From: Candidatus Marinacidobacterales bacterium
Lineage (GTDB): Bacteria > Acidobacteriota > Vicinamibacteria > Marinacidobacterales > DATDRI01
Assembly: GCA_965219415.1 (NCBI GenBank)
Contig: CBDCNP010000002.1
Span: 896,001-960,000, forward strand
Direction of reading: 5' to 3'
Length of the DNA stretch: 64,000 nt
Shown: positions 41,221-52,306 of the stretch, piece by piece
Layout: the number at the start of each line of letters is the position of its first letter
How positions within the stretch are numbered: position 1 is the first letter of the stretch
The notes under the pieces: model-generated
Told to the model about the DNA's origin: nothing
Databases searched by the model: none
What the model saw: the letters and a program-made list of their open reading frames with translations, nothing else
Made by a program: the position numbers and the translations under genes

Positions 41221-42737
41221 TCAAGCCAGCATTTTCCGGTAGTGGCGGTACCAGTCGCTCTGGAAGCGTTCGTTGGGATCGTATTTCACCTTGAGCGCCA
41301 GAAACTCCGGGAATTGGGGGTAACAGGCGAGCACTTGCTCCTTCGTCGCCCATTTGTGGTAGGTCAGGAAATAGTTGCCGCCCCGGCTGCGGGCGAGATC
41401 GATTAGTTTGCGGAAACAGCGCTTTGCGCGCTCGATCCCTTCCGTGTCATGGTCGACGTGGAGGTTCATAACGATCGAGGCGTAGGATTCCCTCGCCCAC
41501 GCAAGGAAACTCTCGTCGTCCTGCTCGATGAGCCGGACGGTCCCGTAGATTACACTTCCTTTCATCTCTCGCAGGACCCGTGCGGCCTCGGCGAGAAACC
41601 CGTCGAGCTCGCCGCGAGGCACATATAATTCTGTGAGCATCTCGCTACCGGGTACTTTCGCTCCCACTCGCTCATCGATATCCCGATGATAGTGGTCTGG
41701 GTAAATGGAGAGCTGCTGAGTGTCCGCCCAGTATATTTGTCCTGAGAGGTCGACGTGTAGTAGGCGGCATAGCGCCTAAACGCCTCCGCCTTGTCGGCGT
41801 GTGCCAAGTGCAGAAAGTTTACCCAGTCCTCCAAGGCGAGCTGCTTCTGGTCGTCTGGCATGGGTGTGTCTGCAGCTACCGGCCGGTAGCAAGGAAAAAT
41901 ACCCCGTGTGAGGAAGGTCTCAGAGGTTTCATCGGTCTCGAATTGGAAGTCTCCGTAAAGGAAGCCATCATCGATCCTCTGCTGAAAGGCTTCCGCAATT
42001 CCATCTGCGCCGCGCACTTCCACCACGCGTTCCACCTTTTGACGCTTCTTCAATCGAAGCCTAACCGAGTAGATGACACCAAAGAGACCATAGCCACCAA
42101 TCGCTAAGCCGAACAGCTCGGAATTCTCGCTCCGACTGCACGTTTGAACTTCACCTTTGGCGTCAACCAAGGTGAACGATTCGACGTCACCAATGATCGG
42201 TTTGAGAGTCAGGCCTCGTCCATGGCCGTTCGCCGAGAGAGCTCCTCCAAGCGCGAGGCGATCCGCACCCGTTTGCTTCTGGGCGATGCCCCACTCATTG
42301 GCGCTTCCCTTTTGCTCGGAAAGATACCAATCGATGAGATCCGGCCATTGGATGCCCGCCTCGACCTCGATGATCCCTGAGTCCGCGTCCAGGCCGAGCA
42401 CTCGCCTCATGGGCCGCGTGTCGAAGTGCACGGTGTCCGTGCCAAACTGCTGAGTCCCCATGGAGTGGCGGCCACCGGCCACGGATATCGGTTTGTCCTC
42501 CTGGGCCGCTCTATGGACCTGATCCACCAGCTCATCCATGGACCGGATCGGGACGACGCGATCGACTCGCGTGGCACTGAGCTGAGCATGGATGTCGTTG
42601 AGCTCGACGCCGCCGGGCGCGGCTTGACCAGGAGCTGTCGACTCCGTACTCGGCGAGCCCGTTTCTTGACGGCTACAGCCTGCAGGTGCCAACGCAAGTA
42701 AGCCGGCTGTCCGAAGAAAGTCTCTTCTGTTCATCAT
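41221..42737 (-). CDS. FAD-binding oxidoreductase (ALO/DprE1-like) with Tat/lipoprotein signal (frameshift near 41740)
   Basis: NRRDFL...AGC; GGRHSMG.Q, GGALSANGHG, GGYGLFGVI, K.KYDP.ERFQS. Confidence 0.88.
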
Positions 42738-42771
42738 CCTGCGGTCCCTCCTTTGGATTCGTCCCGTCCTG

Positions 42772-44278
42772 TCACCGATCGCTGCCCGTTTGTAGCGGAT
42801 AAAGCTCCGCCTTCGCGGAGCGGGCGAGATTCAAGAGCTCCCAGTAGGGAGGCCGATAACCCCTATCCTTCTCGAACTTCGATACGCGCGAGAGAACACC
42901 GGCCTTAATGGCACCGTGCTTTTCATCAAAATCAAGAAACAGCAGGCCGACCGTCGCGCTCATCACTTCGGGAATGGGCCCCTCCTTGCCAAACCGGTTC
43001 ACGACCATGCTATATGCCTTACCTATCCGAGCAAATGGCAACATCAGTGGTGGGTACTCGAGCCGATCGCCCCGATCCGCGTCCTCCAGCATCACCTCGA
43101 TGACCGCATTGTCCACGTGATCTTGAAAGAGACTTTCGGGATCTCTCCATTCCGCGACCACGTCGAGCTGCGGGTCGTATTCGAGATCGGATGGCTCTTG
43201 GGTCTCGAAGTGTCGAACGCCAGCCGCCGTAAGCCACGCCCGAATTCCGGGTGCGGAAACATAGGACATGGCCGTCCACAGATCGATTCCTCTTGCTCCA
43301 CTGCAGAGACTACCTCCGAACAGAATTGCGCCGAGTGGTCCGAGTAGTTCATTTCTAGATCATAGGGAATATGCCGACTCGTCGCGTCTTCCAGCGCTGC
43401 TGCCGCTGCCTTGTCAGGCAGCAGCGGATATCTGAGAGGAGCTCGGGATGGTCATCCCTCAACCGCAGCAGCGAGATGCGAAGCGGGCGGTCGTTCAGAT
43501 AATCCTCGAGGGAATGGACGGCAACGCCTCCGATCATATGAGCTTCGATAAAGGAGGGCGTGCCCTGATCATCGATGTGGACCAGAGCAACGTGGGAGAA
43601 GTTCCCCGGGTAGTCATGGCCCCGCGCAATCAGCGCCGAGTAGGACGCCGCGCCTCTCGAGAGGATCATGTCGCCGCTGTGGATGTTCATGCCCAGCATT
43701 TCAACGCTGAGGGTGCGGGACAGTACTTCCCTCCCCTTCAAGACGACAGGAACCTGGCTTGTATTTGCTTGGAGCATGACCTCTTCGAGCGCGGCTCGAC
43801 CACCGTAAATGAGCCGGTACATTCGTTGACGCGCTTCGATCGAGTTCATCTCCCAGTGCTCAGATTGCCTCTTCGTAACGTGTCTCGTTTCATCGTATAT
43901 CTGCATGAGCTCGGGCAATCGCTCCGGGCAGACAGCGATTTTTGGAGATAGCCGGAAGAACGTGTCTTCGGCCACCTCGAACCGCGCATCGTCCGGGAGA
44001 GCTCGACCGCTCGAGATGGTTTCCAAGAGTTCGCGTATCTCGGAGAGTCCACTGTCAATGGAGTTGGCGAGCGAGCCACATCCGGAAGCACGAGCCTCGA
44101 GAAACTGTTGTTCCAGTGAAGACCAGACCTCGTCCTGATTCCACACGAACGGCTGATGCGGGACGGCTTGACCGGCGTGTGGCTTAGAGTCTGGAACCAG
44201 AAGCACCAGGTAAAGCGCGACGAGCGCGAGGACGCTTCCGACGAGGAGTTTGGTCCAGGCGATGGGTCGAAACCTCAT
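42772..44278 (-). CDS. YiiX/YebB-like permuted NlpC/P60 papain-like amidase (two or more frameshifts)
   Basis: SGDMILSRG...FSHVALVH...EAH before YDxxMNY...FCSEVV (His-before-Cys permutation); N-terminal TM. Confidence 0.8.
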
Positions 44279-44312
44279 CCCTTCTCCGGAATTGGCATCG
44301 GCCGTTCCACGC

Positions 44313-45182
44313 TCAGTCCTTAAAGACGAGCTTCCGGAAGCCAAAGTACACCAACCAGGCGCGGAGATGGTGGGGCAACAAGCGGCGAAGTAACTCGAGC
44401 GCGCGCGAGTCAAATCCGACCAGCGTGCGAAGCGGCACCCGGCGCCGGTCGCAGAGCCTCGCGAGAACCTTCGCCACCGCCTTCGGATCACCTGCAAACT
44501 TGTCTGCAGATCCGAGGAGGAACTCATTCATGCGTCGGGATCGGTCGGCATATAAGGAACCTGAGGGTATGTCAGCCGTCGCTTTTGAGGATGTCTTGAT
44601 AAACCCGGTTCTTGATCCCCCCGGCTCGATGAGACCCACTTGAATGCCGAAAGGCTCAACCTCGGACCACAAGGCTTCTGTATACCCCTCGAGCGCGTGC
44701 TTGCTCGCGGCGTAAAGAGCATAGAAGGGATAAGGAACGAATCCGGACACGCTGCTCACGTTGAGGATCCTTCCCTTCGCGGCGCGCAAGGTCGGAAGCA
44801 GCTCTTGGGTCAGTAAGATGGGCCCGAAAAAGTTGACCTCGAGCTGATGTCGAGCTGTCTCCTCGGGTGCATCCTCCGCGGGGCCCACCAATCCATAGCC
44901 CGCATTGTTTATCAATACATCGAGGCGGCCCTCGTACTTGTCCTCAATGAACTGCCGTACTCTTGGGAAGGACTCTGGTCGGTCCAGGTGCAGGTCGATG
45001 GCCTTCAGGCGACCGGCGTCCGCGTCCTCAGCGCCGAAGATTTCTCGCAGTCGGTCATCGCCGCCCCGAACTCCAGCAATGACTCGGTGTCCGCGCTGCA
45101 GCAAGAGGGGTACGGTCAACCGGCCAAACCCGCTCGAGGCACCAGTAAGAAGGATGGTTTTTTGTTGCATGGGCGCCTTCAA
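44313..45182 (-). CDS. SDR family oxidoreductase
   Basis: TGASSGFG, INNAG, YAASK, IEPG. Confidence 0.95.
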   Translation of the reverse strand: MKAPMQQKTILLTGASSGFGRLTVPLLLQRGHRVIAGVRGGDDRLREIFGAEDADAGRLKAIDLHLDRPESFPRVRQFIEDKYEGRLDVLINNAGYGLVGPAEDAPEETARHQLEVNFFGPILLTQELLPTLRAAKGRILNVSSVSGFVPYPFYALYAASKHALEGYTEALWSEVEPFGIQVGLIEPGGSRTGFIKTSSKATADIPSGSLYADRSRRMNEFLLGSADKFAGDPKAVAKVLARLCDRRRVPLRTLVGFDSRALELLRRLLPHHLRAWLVYFGFRKLVFKD

Positions 45183-45342
45183 ATTAGGGAGAGTTGGCCA
45201 ACTTTAACGACAAGCCGCCAAGAGAACAACAAGTTTATAGGCCCAGGGGCTACGCATCGGGCGGCTTTACCATCCGTGTGGCGCCGTCATCCCCGACGAT
45301 TTCACGATGCCACAGCTCATCGAAGATGTCGAACGGTCCTTC

Positions 45343-46464
45343 CTAGCGACCGCCCGCCGTGCCAGTGGTGTAGATCTGTAGCAGGGTTCGGACGAATGCC
45401 GGGTCCTCTTCGCCTTTCGGGTTGTTGTTCTGCGCGAACGCGATCATCCCATCTTCCTCCACCAGCTCGAGCACGACGAAGTTGAAGCCGAAATCGTTTC
45501 CGCCCGCTTCGCTGCGAACCAGGTGACCGCTAGCTGTGCGGAACGGCTGGTTGTACTCCTGGTACTTCTCAAGCCCTTCGCCACCCAGTACCGAACCGGC
45601 GGAAAGGGCGCGTGACCACTTGTGAAGATCGCCGACCGCGCCAAAGACGCCACCGCTCCCCGCGAGCGCCCAGGTGACGGCTGGCCAACTCTGAAGAGCG
45701 TTGCTTTTTCCGAAGGTGGTGATCCCGCCGTAGCCGACGGCGACCAAGTCGTCGGGAACGACCGGCTCGCCGTAGAAGCCGGTGCTGGTCATCCCGGCGG
45801 GCTTGAAGAGCTTATCCTTCACGAAGGCTTCGAAACTGGTGCCCGACACGATCTCGACGATCGCAGCGAGCAAGGTGTAACCAGAATTTGAGTACGCTCG
45901 ATCCGTTCCCGGCTCGAACAGCAGTTGCTCCGAGAGAATGCGCTCGATCGCCTCTTGGCGATCCATCTCCTGGAAGTCGCCCGTCTCGTCGTGGTACTCC
46001 ACCAACCCCGCGCTCATGGTGATCACCTGGTCGATCGTAATCGCCGACTTGTCGGGCCGAACGCTTTCGAAGAAAACGGAAAGTGGATCGTCCGTGGTGA
46101 GCTTCCCCGCCTCCTCCAGCTTGAGGATCGCAGCCAGCGTGAACGACTTCACGACGGAGCCCAAGTCGAAAACGGTGTCAGGAGTGTTCGGGTGCTGGGC
46201 TTCCGGATTGGCGAGTCCGAATCCTTTGGTGAATACGACCTCGCCGTTTTTGACGACAATCATGGAGCCAGCGAAACCGGCGTCGGCCTGCTCCCGCATG
46301 TAGGTATCGAACGCCTGTCCCAGCTCTCCGATTACGACGGAAGATGTCTGGGCGGCCGCCCGCACCGTCGGCGAGTGTACTACCGGAACGACAGCGGCCA
46401 AGGCAACCCCGAGCATCACGGAGCGGATTGGTGCCGACCCCCAAACTCTGGCACCCGCTACCAC
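45343..46464 (-). CDS. Serine hydrolase, beta-lactamase family (start probably ~46416)
   Basis: FDLGSVVK (SxxK), YSNSGY.LL; signal peptide. Confidence 0.9.
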   Translation of the reverse strand: MVAGARVWGSAPIRSVMLGVALAAVVPVVHSPTVRAAAQTSSVVIGELGQAFDTYMREQADAGFAGSMIVVKNGEVVFTKGFGLANPEAQHPNTPDTVFDLGSVVKSFTLAAILKLEEAGKLTTDDPLSVFFESVRPDKSAITIDQVITMSAGLVEYHDETGDFQEMDRQEAIERILSEQLLFEPGTDRAYSNSGYTLLAAIVEIVSGTSFEAFVKDKLFKPAGMTSTGFYGEPVVPDDLVAVGYGGITTFGKSNALQSWPAVTWALAGSGGVFGAVGDLHKWSRALSAGSVLGGEGLEKYQEYNQPFRTASGHLVRSEAGGNDFGFNFVVLELVEEDGMIAFAQNNNPKGEEDPAFVRTLLQIYTTGTAGGR

Positions 46465-48032
46465 GGCCGTGGCGCGGGGCGAGGCAGACGCTCATCCCGC
46501 ATGGCGGCGTGATACACGAACGTCGCCAGAATCACCGAATTAGCCATGAGGTCCTCCGACACCAGGCGATCGTAGACGTCCATGTTCGAATGGTAGCGAC
46601 GGCTGTCGACGCGCTCTTGGCGAAAGTAGTAGCCCGGAAGACCCACTTCTTCGTACGACTCATGGGCCATCCCGGTTGTGAACAGATGCCGCATTCCCAG
46701 GTTGTGGAGCGGCCTCATCCATTCGGAGAAGATGGCACGGATGGTTTCACTGCCCTGCACGGAAACGCCTCGGATCCGGCCGCCGCCGTTGTCGACGTTG
46801 AAGTAAGCCGACAGGTTGTCGTAGTCGGGCTTGTACTCCTTTTTCTCCGGATCGGCGAAGTGTTTCCGGACATGACTGTTGTTCCCATACAGTCCCATCT
46901 CGTGTCCGCCAAAGAGCCCGATCCGAATCGTCCTTCGCGGCTTGATCCCGAGTGCCTGCAAGATGCGGACAGCCTCCATCACAATGACACAGCCCGCGGC
47001 GTCGTCGGTCGCGCCAGTCCCGATCGGTTCCGATTGCAGGTGGGCACCCAGCACGACGAGCTCATCCGCCAGGTCGGTGCCCGGTATCTCCGCCACGACG
47101 TTGTAGTCGATGGCGTCGTCGCCTGGGAAGTCGACCCGAACCTCGGCCTCCATCTCCACCGGAACACCCTTCTCCAAGATACGCACCATCCGGTTGTAGT
47201 GCTCCGCGGCAAGAATCCACTCGGTGATGGGCGAGGGCGCGTCCATTTCCCACATCTTCCGCTCCAGGCCGTAGCCATTTACCGCACCGTCGACCGTGCC
47301 GTAGGCGTTTTCGCCGTCGGTTCGCGCCACCGCCGCGGCGCCCGCGTCGAACACGAGGTCGATGCGCTCCTCCATCGTCAGCCCACTACGGGATCGACGG
47401 CGTTCGCGTTGCTCGGTGGGACCGATCGGGATCCTCGCCATCTCGTCGAGCTCCGCCTTGCTGTATCGCGTCGTCGATGGCCAATACTGATCGCTCAAGT
47501 CCCGCAGCGGTTCGATAAGAACGACGGTCCCCTTGATCTTGTCGCCGTATCGGTCCAGATCGGCAGCCGATTCGATCTCCTCTAGATTCACGTATACGGC
47601 TTGCAGTCGGACCTTGCCGTCGGTACCAGCCGACCAAGCGGCGGGATAGCCGATGATCGGCATGTACGTCGGAGCCACCATGTGGAACGACGAGTATAGG
47701 TTCTCCCAGCCCCGACCGAACTCGAAAGGCTCCAACCGGGCATTCGAAAGCCCGTAATCCTCGAGTTTTTGACGTGCCCAGTTCGACGCGTCGACGTAAC
47801 CGCTCGACTTGGAGTTCCGCGGCCCGTAGACATCGGTCAGCCAACCAGCATTCTCCATGACCTCGGACCGTTCGAAGGCCTCGTCGAGGATCTGGTCGAA
47901 TACGTCCCAATGGACCGGTTCGTCCGAGTTAGTAGACGCCGGAGGTGCCGAAGCGAAAGTGCCCACAAGAAAAGCAATGGAACAAACAATCGAACCCAGC
48001 CAAACATTCCTTTTCATCGGCTCCACCTCCAC
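46458..48032 (-). CDS. M28 family peptidase (carboxypeptidase Q-like)
   Basis: LTDVYGPR, NVVAEIPGTD, GAHL, GATDD, YHSNMD; signal peptide. Confidence 0.9.
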   Translation of the reverse strand: MEVEPMKRNVWLGSIVCSIAFLVGTFASAPPASTNSDEPVHWDVFDQILDEAFERSEVMENAGWLTDVYGPRNSKSSGYVDASNWARQKLEDYGLSNARLEPFEFGRGWENLYSSFHMVAPTYMPIIGYPAAWSAGTDGKVRLQAVYVNLEEIESAADLDRYGDKIKGTVVLIEPLRDLSDQYWPSTTRYSKAELDEMARIPIGPTEQRERRRSRSGLTMEERIDLVFDAGAAAVARTDGENAYGTVDGAVNGYGLERKMWEMDAPSPITEWILAAEHYNRMVRILEKGVPVEMEAEVRVDFPGDDAIDYNVVAEIPGTDLADELVVLGAHLQSEPIGTGATDDAAGCVIVMEAVRILQALGIKPRRTIRIGLFGGHEMGLYGNNSHVRKHFADPEKKEYKPDYDNLSAYFNVDNGGGRIRGVSVQGSETIRAIFSEWMRPLHNLGMRHLFTTGMAHESYEEVGLPGYYFRQERVDSRRYHSNMDVYDRLVSEDLMANSVILATFVYHAAMRDERLPRPAPRPW

Positions 48033-48044
48033 CGTCAGTCAACT

Positions 48045-51000
48045 TCACGCCGGCATATCGCCCTCGTACGGCACTCGGAACAAAATTGTATAGAGCACCG
48101 GGACCACGACGAGTGTTAGTACCGTCGCCACCAGCAAACCGACCATGATGGTCACCGCCATGGCGATGAAAAACGCGTCACTCAATAGGGGGATCATACC
48201 CAGAATCGTCGTCGCCGCCGCCATCATGACCGGCCGCATGCGGCTGACCCCGGCATCGACGACCGACCAGAACTGGCGTTTCCCTTTGCTGAGGTTCAAG
48301 TTGATCTCGTCCACCAACACGATGGCGTTCTTGATGAGCATGCCCGTCAGGCTCATGAGCCCGAGCAGAGCCATGAACCCGAACGGCTGGCTGAAGGTCA
48401 GGAGCCCGAGGGTCACGCCAATGATGGAGAGTGGAACCGTCAGCTAGATGATGAGCGGCTCGCGCACGGCGTTGAAGAGTGCGACCACGATGACGATCAT
48501 GATGGCGATGAAGATCGGGAACGACGTGGCGAGATAGGCCTGCGCCTTCGCCGAATCCTCGTCTTCACCACCCAAAGCCATGTAGTAGCCCGGCAAACCC
48601 TTGAGCGGGATGAGATCCGAAAAGCGGATCGGGATGGTGCTTGCGGTATGGTTCGCGAACGGTTCCTCACCGAACGATCGTCCGAAGTAGGCGTCTAGAT
48701 CAACATTCAATGCTTCTTCGATTCGTGGCTTGATTCGGACCATGAGCTCGCTGGGGAGCTCCCCTGCCAACGCATCGGCATGGATCCGAATCGTGGTGCG
48801 GCGATCACGTCGCCAGATATTGGCGTTTTCGTAAGTGGTCTCGAATCCTGTCAGTACCTGTCGCATCGGAACCATCCGGCGAGCGACTTCGCTCCAGATC
48901 TGGAGGGCCCGTATGTTGTCCACGTTGTCGCGTTCGAACTCGGGTGAGCGGGCGACGATGGGCAGAAGCTCATCCCCTTCCCGGTAGACGCTGGTCTGGG
49001 TGCCATCGAAGGCACTTTGAAGTGCCCGGGCAAGTTGCGGTCGGTCGATACCGAGCTGTCGCGCCTGGGCTTCGGCGAGCTGAGGCTGCACCACTTTGAC
49101 TTGCTCCCGCCATTCGTCACGAACCCCCTGCCCACCCTCTTCCATGATGATGTCCTTGACCTTCTCGGACATCTCGCGCAGCCGCGTCCCATCCGCCCCG
49201 CTGATACGGAGTTGAATCCGGCCGCCTTCGCCCGGTCCCAGGCGGAACTGGCGTACGTTCACAACCGCCTCGGGCACGAGCTCCTCGAGGTCAGCCTGCA
49301 CTTGCGGCGCGAGGGCTGCGATCATCCGGTAGTCCTCGACCGACGCGAAGACGCTCGCGTTGGCGCTCGAGGTGCCCAGTGGCTCGTAGGTGAGAAGGAA
49401 GCGAGGGTCGCCTCCGCCAATCGCGGTGGTCAGGTCGCCCACACCTTCCAGACCCTTCAGGTACTCCTCCACTTGCTGCATGCGCGCTTCGGTGTCGAAG
49501 ATGTGAGTCCCCTCGGGAAAGTAGAACTCGACGAAAAACTGCGGGCGGATCGAGTCGGGGAAGAACAATTGCTTCACCGATCCGAAGGCGATGAGAGAAG
49601 CCACAAAGACGCCCAGCACGACCGCCATGGTTATTCCTCGGAAGCGAATCGCCGTCATGAGGCCCGTTTTGTAGAGCCGGAACATCCCCCCGCTGTGGGC
49701 GTCTTCCGCATCACCGCCGCCACCCTTCTTCGGTTTGAACAGCAAGTAAGAGACGAGCGGTGTCACGGTTACGGCGGTGAGCCAGCTCAAGCTGAGGGAG
49801 ATCAAGATAACGGCGAAGAGCGAGCGACAATACTCACCGGTACTGTCATCCGACGTTCCGATGGCAGCGAAAGCAGTGATGGCCACCGCGGTACCACCGA
49901 GAAGCGGCATGGCGTTTTGATTGACGACTTCCGTCGCCGCTTTCAAACCCTCCATGCCGGCCTCGATGCGCACCTTCATCCCCTCGACGATCACAATGGC
50001 ATTGTCCACGAGCATGCCGAGCGCGATGATCAGTGCGCCGAGCGAAATACGTTCGAGGGTGACTTCGTAAAGGCCCATGAAGACGAACGTCCCGAAAATC
50101 GTGAGAACGAGAATGCCGCCGATGATGAGCCCGCTCTTGACGCCCATGAACAAAAAGAGCACTACCAGCACGATGATGACCGCCTCGACCAGGTTGACGA
50201 GAAAGCTGTTGATGGAATCGGTCACCGATTGCGATTGGAGCGACATCACGTTCAGCTTCATCCCCAGCGGAATCTGAGTCTCGAGCTGATAGAGCTTGTC
50301 TTCGATCGCCGCGCCCATCACCACCACGTTGCCTCCTTGCACCGTGGAGATGCCGAGACCGATGCCTCTTTCTCCGTTGAACCGCACGATGTTTCGAGGT
50401 GGCTCGACGTATCCGCGCCGGATGGTGGCGATGTCCCGCAGGAAGACCTACTGCCCCCCTTCGCGCGTGGTGATAAGGAGGTCTCCGAACTGCTGTTCGG
50501 AGGTGAACTCTCCCGTCGGGTTGATGGGAATATACTCGGGCGGCAACCGCACTCTTCCCGCATCGGCGGGAAGGTTCTTGGCGCTGAGCTTGTCGTAAAT
50601 CTCTTCCTGTGAGATGCCGAGAGCCGCCATTTTCGGGGCGTGACATCTCGACGTAGACGGCCTCTTGCCAGACACCCCAGAGGACGATGCGCTTCACGTC
50701 ATCCGCTTGGAGCAGATCACGCCTCAAGAGCTTGGCGGTCTCATTGAGCTCCGCGTAGGAGTACCCCGGACCAGTGAGCACCAGGTAGATGCCGTAGACA
50801 TCGCCGAAATCGTCATTGACGGTCGACGGCCCGGCGCCTGGAGGAAGGCGGCTCTGGTAGTCGTTGACCTTTCTTCGCAGCTCGTCCCACACCTGAGGCA
50901 ATCCGTTCTTGTCGTACTGGTCCTTGATGGTGACCTTCACGCTGGACACACCGCGGGAGGAGGTCGACTCGACCCGAAGGAGCTGGCCGAGCTCCTGGAC

Positions 51001-51207
51001 GGCGCGCTCGATGACGTCGGTGACTTCCTGTTCGACTTCGACTACCGAGGCACCGGGATAGGGCGTGGTGATGATGGCGTTCTTGATCGTGAACTCAGGG
51101 TCTTCCAATCGGGAGAGGCTCTGAAACGAAAGCCAGCCGGCGACGAGAAGCCCGAGGGTGAACGTCCAGGTGATAACGCTCTTTTCGATGGCAAGTTTGG
51201 CAAGCAT
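48045..51207 (-). CDS. RND efflux permease subunit (frameshifts near 50635 and 50450; in-frame TAG at 48444-48446)
   Basis: LEDPEFTIK, DDFGDVYG, ALGMLVDNAIV, GMLIKNAIVL, SRMRPVMM. Confidence 0.9.
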
Positions 51208-51220
51208 CAGCTTCTCCCGC

Positions 51221-52306
51221 TCAGTTCCGGCGCTCCATCAGCCGGATCCTAGAGCCGTCCTGAAGCTGGTGAACGGCGGCGACGGCAATGGTCTCTCCCC
51301 GTTCCAGCCCGTCTAAGATGCGGATGGAGTTCTCTCCAGTCACCTCACCCACTCGAACTTCTCGCTGGCGAACTGTGATCTCGCTGGTATCAACCACCCA
51401 GACCCGAGGCTCGCCGTTCGCGGAGGCGAAGACCGCCTCCGCCGGGACGAGGAACTCCGCCGCGGCAGTGTCTTCGGCGCCGAGCCCACCAAGGTAGGCG
51501 TTTACTTCCGCCGTCATCCCCGGGAGTACCCGCAGCTCTTCGGGCTGCGGCATCGAGAACGTCACTTGAAATGTCTGGGTCTGAGCGTCGGCCTCCGCGG
51601 CGGCCTCTTTGAAGCTCAATTCAAACTCGATTCCGGGTGCAGAGGTGAAGCCCGCGGTGAACCGCCGGTCGCCGCGATCCCGGAAGGTGGCCATCACGTA
51701 CTCGGGAGCATCGATGACGACCTCCACCTGGTTCACGTCGTGCAGCGTGAGAATGCGTTCCTTGGCGACAACGTCTTCGAAGTTCTCGACGAACTTCCGG
51801 CCGACCCGACCACTGAACGGTGCCAGTAACTTCGTATCACGGAGGCTCGCTTGTGCTTGATCGAAGCCCGCCGCAGACACGTCGCGTTGCGCCCGGCGAA
51901 GCTCGAGCTCTGCAAGCGGCACCGCATTCCGTTCGTACAGGTTCTTATAGCGATTGTAATCGGCTTCGCCTTTCTCGAAGGCGGCTCTTGCTTCCGCCAG
52001 CGCGATCTCAAAATCGCGGGGATCGATGCGGGCCAACAGCTGTCCTCGGCGAACCTCGTCGCCCTCGTCCACCGGTAGCTCGACGATCGGCCCCGCGACT
52101 CGAAACGAGAGCTCGGCTCGGTCGGAAGCCTGAACCGTGCCCGGGAACGAGAGGCGTTCGCCTTGATCGCCTCCCACGACCATCGTCTTGACCGGTCGTA
52201 CCACCGGCTCGCGCTCGGCAACCTCACCCGAGCCGCAGCCGGTCAATGTCAATGCCGCGGCAATCAGAGAGACGAAAATTGTACTGCTAAGTGCCAACCC
52301 CTTCAT
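51221..52306 (-). CDS. RND periplasmic adaptor (membrane fusion protein), lipoprotein
   Basis: LTGC lipobox, RPVK, LSFRV.G, L.APF.G, PGMTA. Confidence 0.92.
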   Translation of the reverse strand: MKGLALSSTIFVSLIAAALTLTGCGSGEVAEREPVVRPVKTMVVGGDQGERLSFPGTVQASDRAELSFRVAGPIVELPVDEGDEVRRGQLLARIDPRDFEIALAEARAAFEKGEADYNRYKNLYERNAVPLAELELRRAQRDVSAAGFDQAQASLRDTKLLAPFSGRVGRKFVENFEDVVAKERILTLHDVNQVEVVIDAPEYVMATFRDRGDRRFTAGFTSAPGIEFELSFKEAAAEADAQTQTFQVTFSMPQPEELRVLPGMTAEVNAYLGGLGAEDTAAAEFLVPAEAVFASANGEPRVWVVDTSEITVRQREVRVGEVTGENSIRILDGLERGETIAVAAVHQLQDGSRIRLMERRN

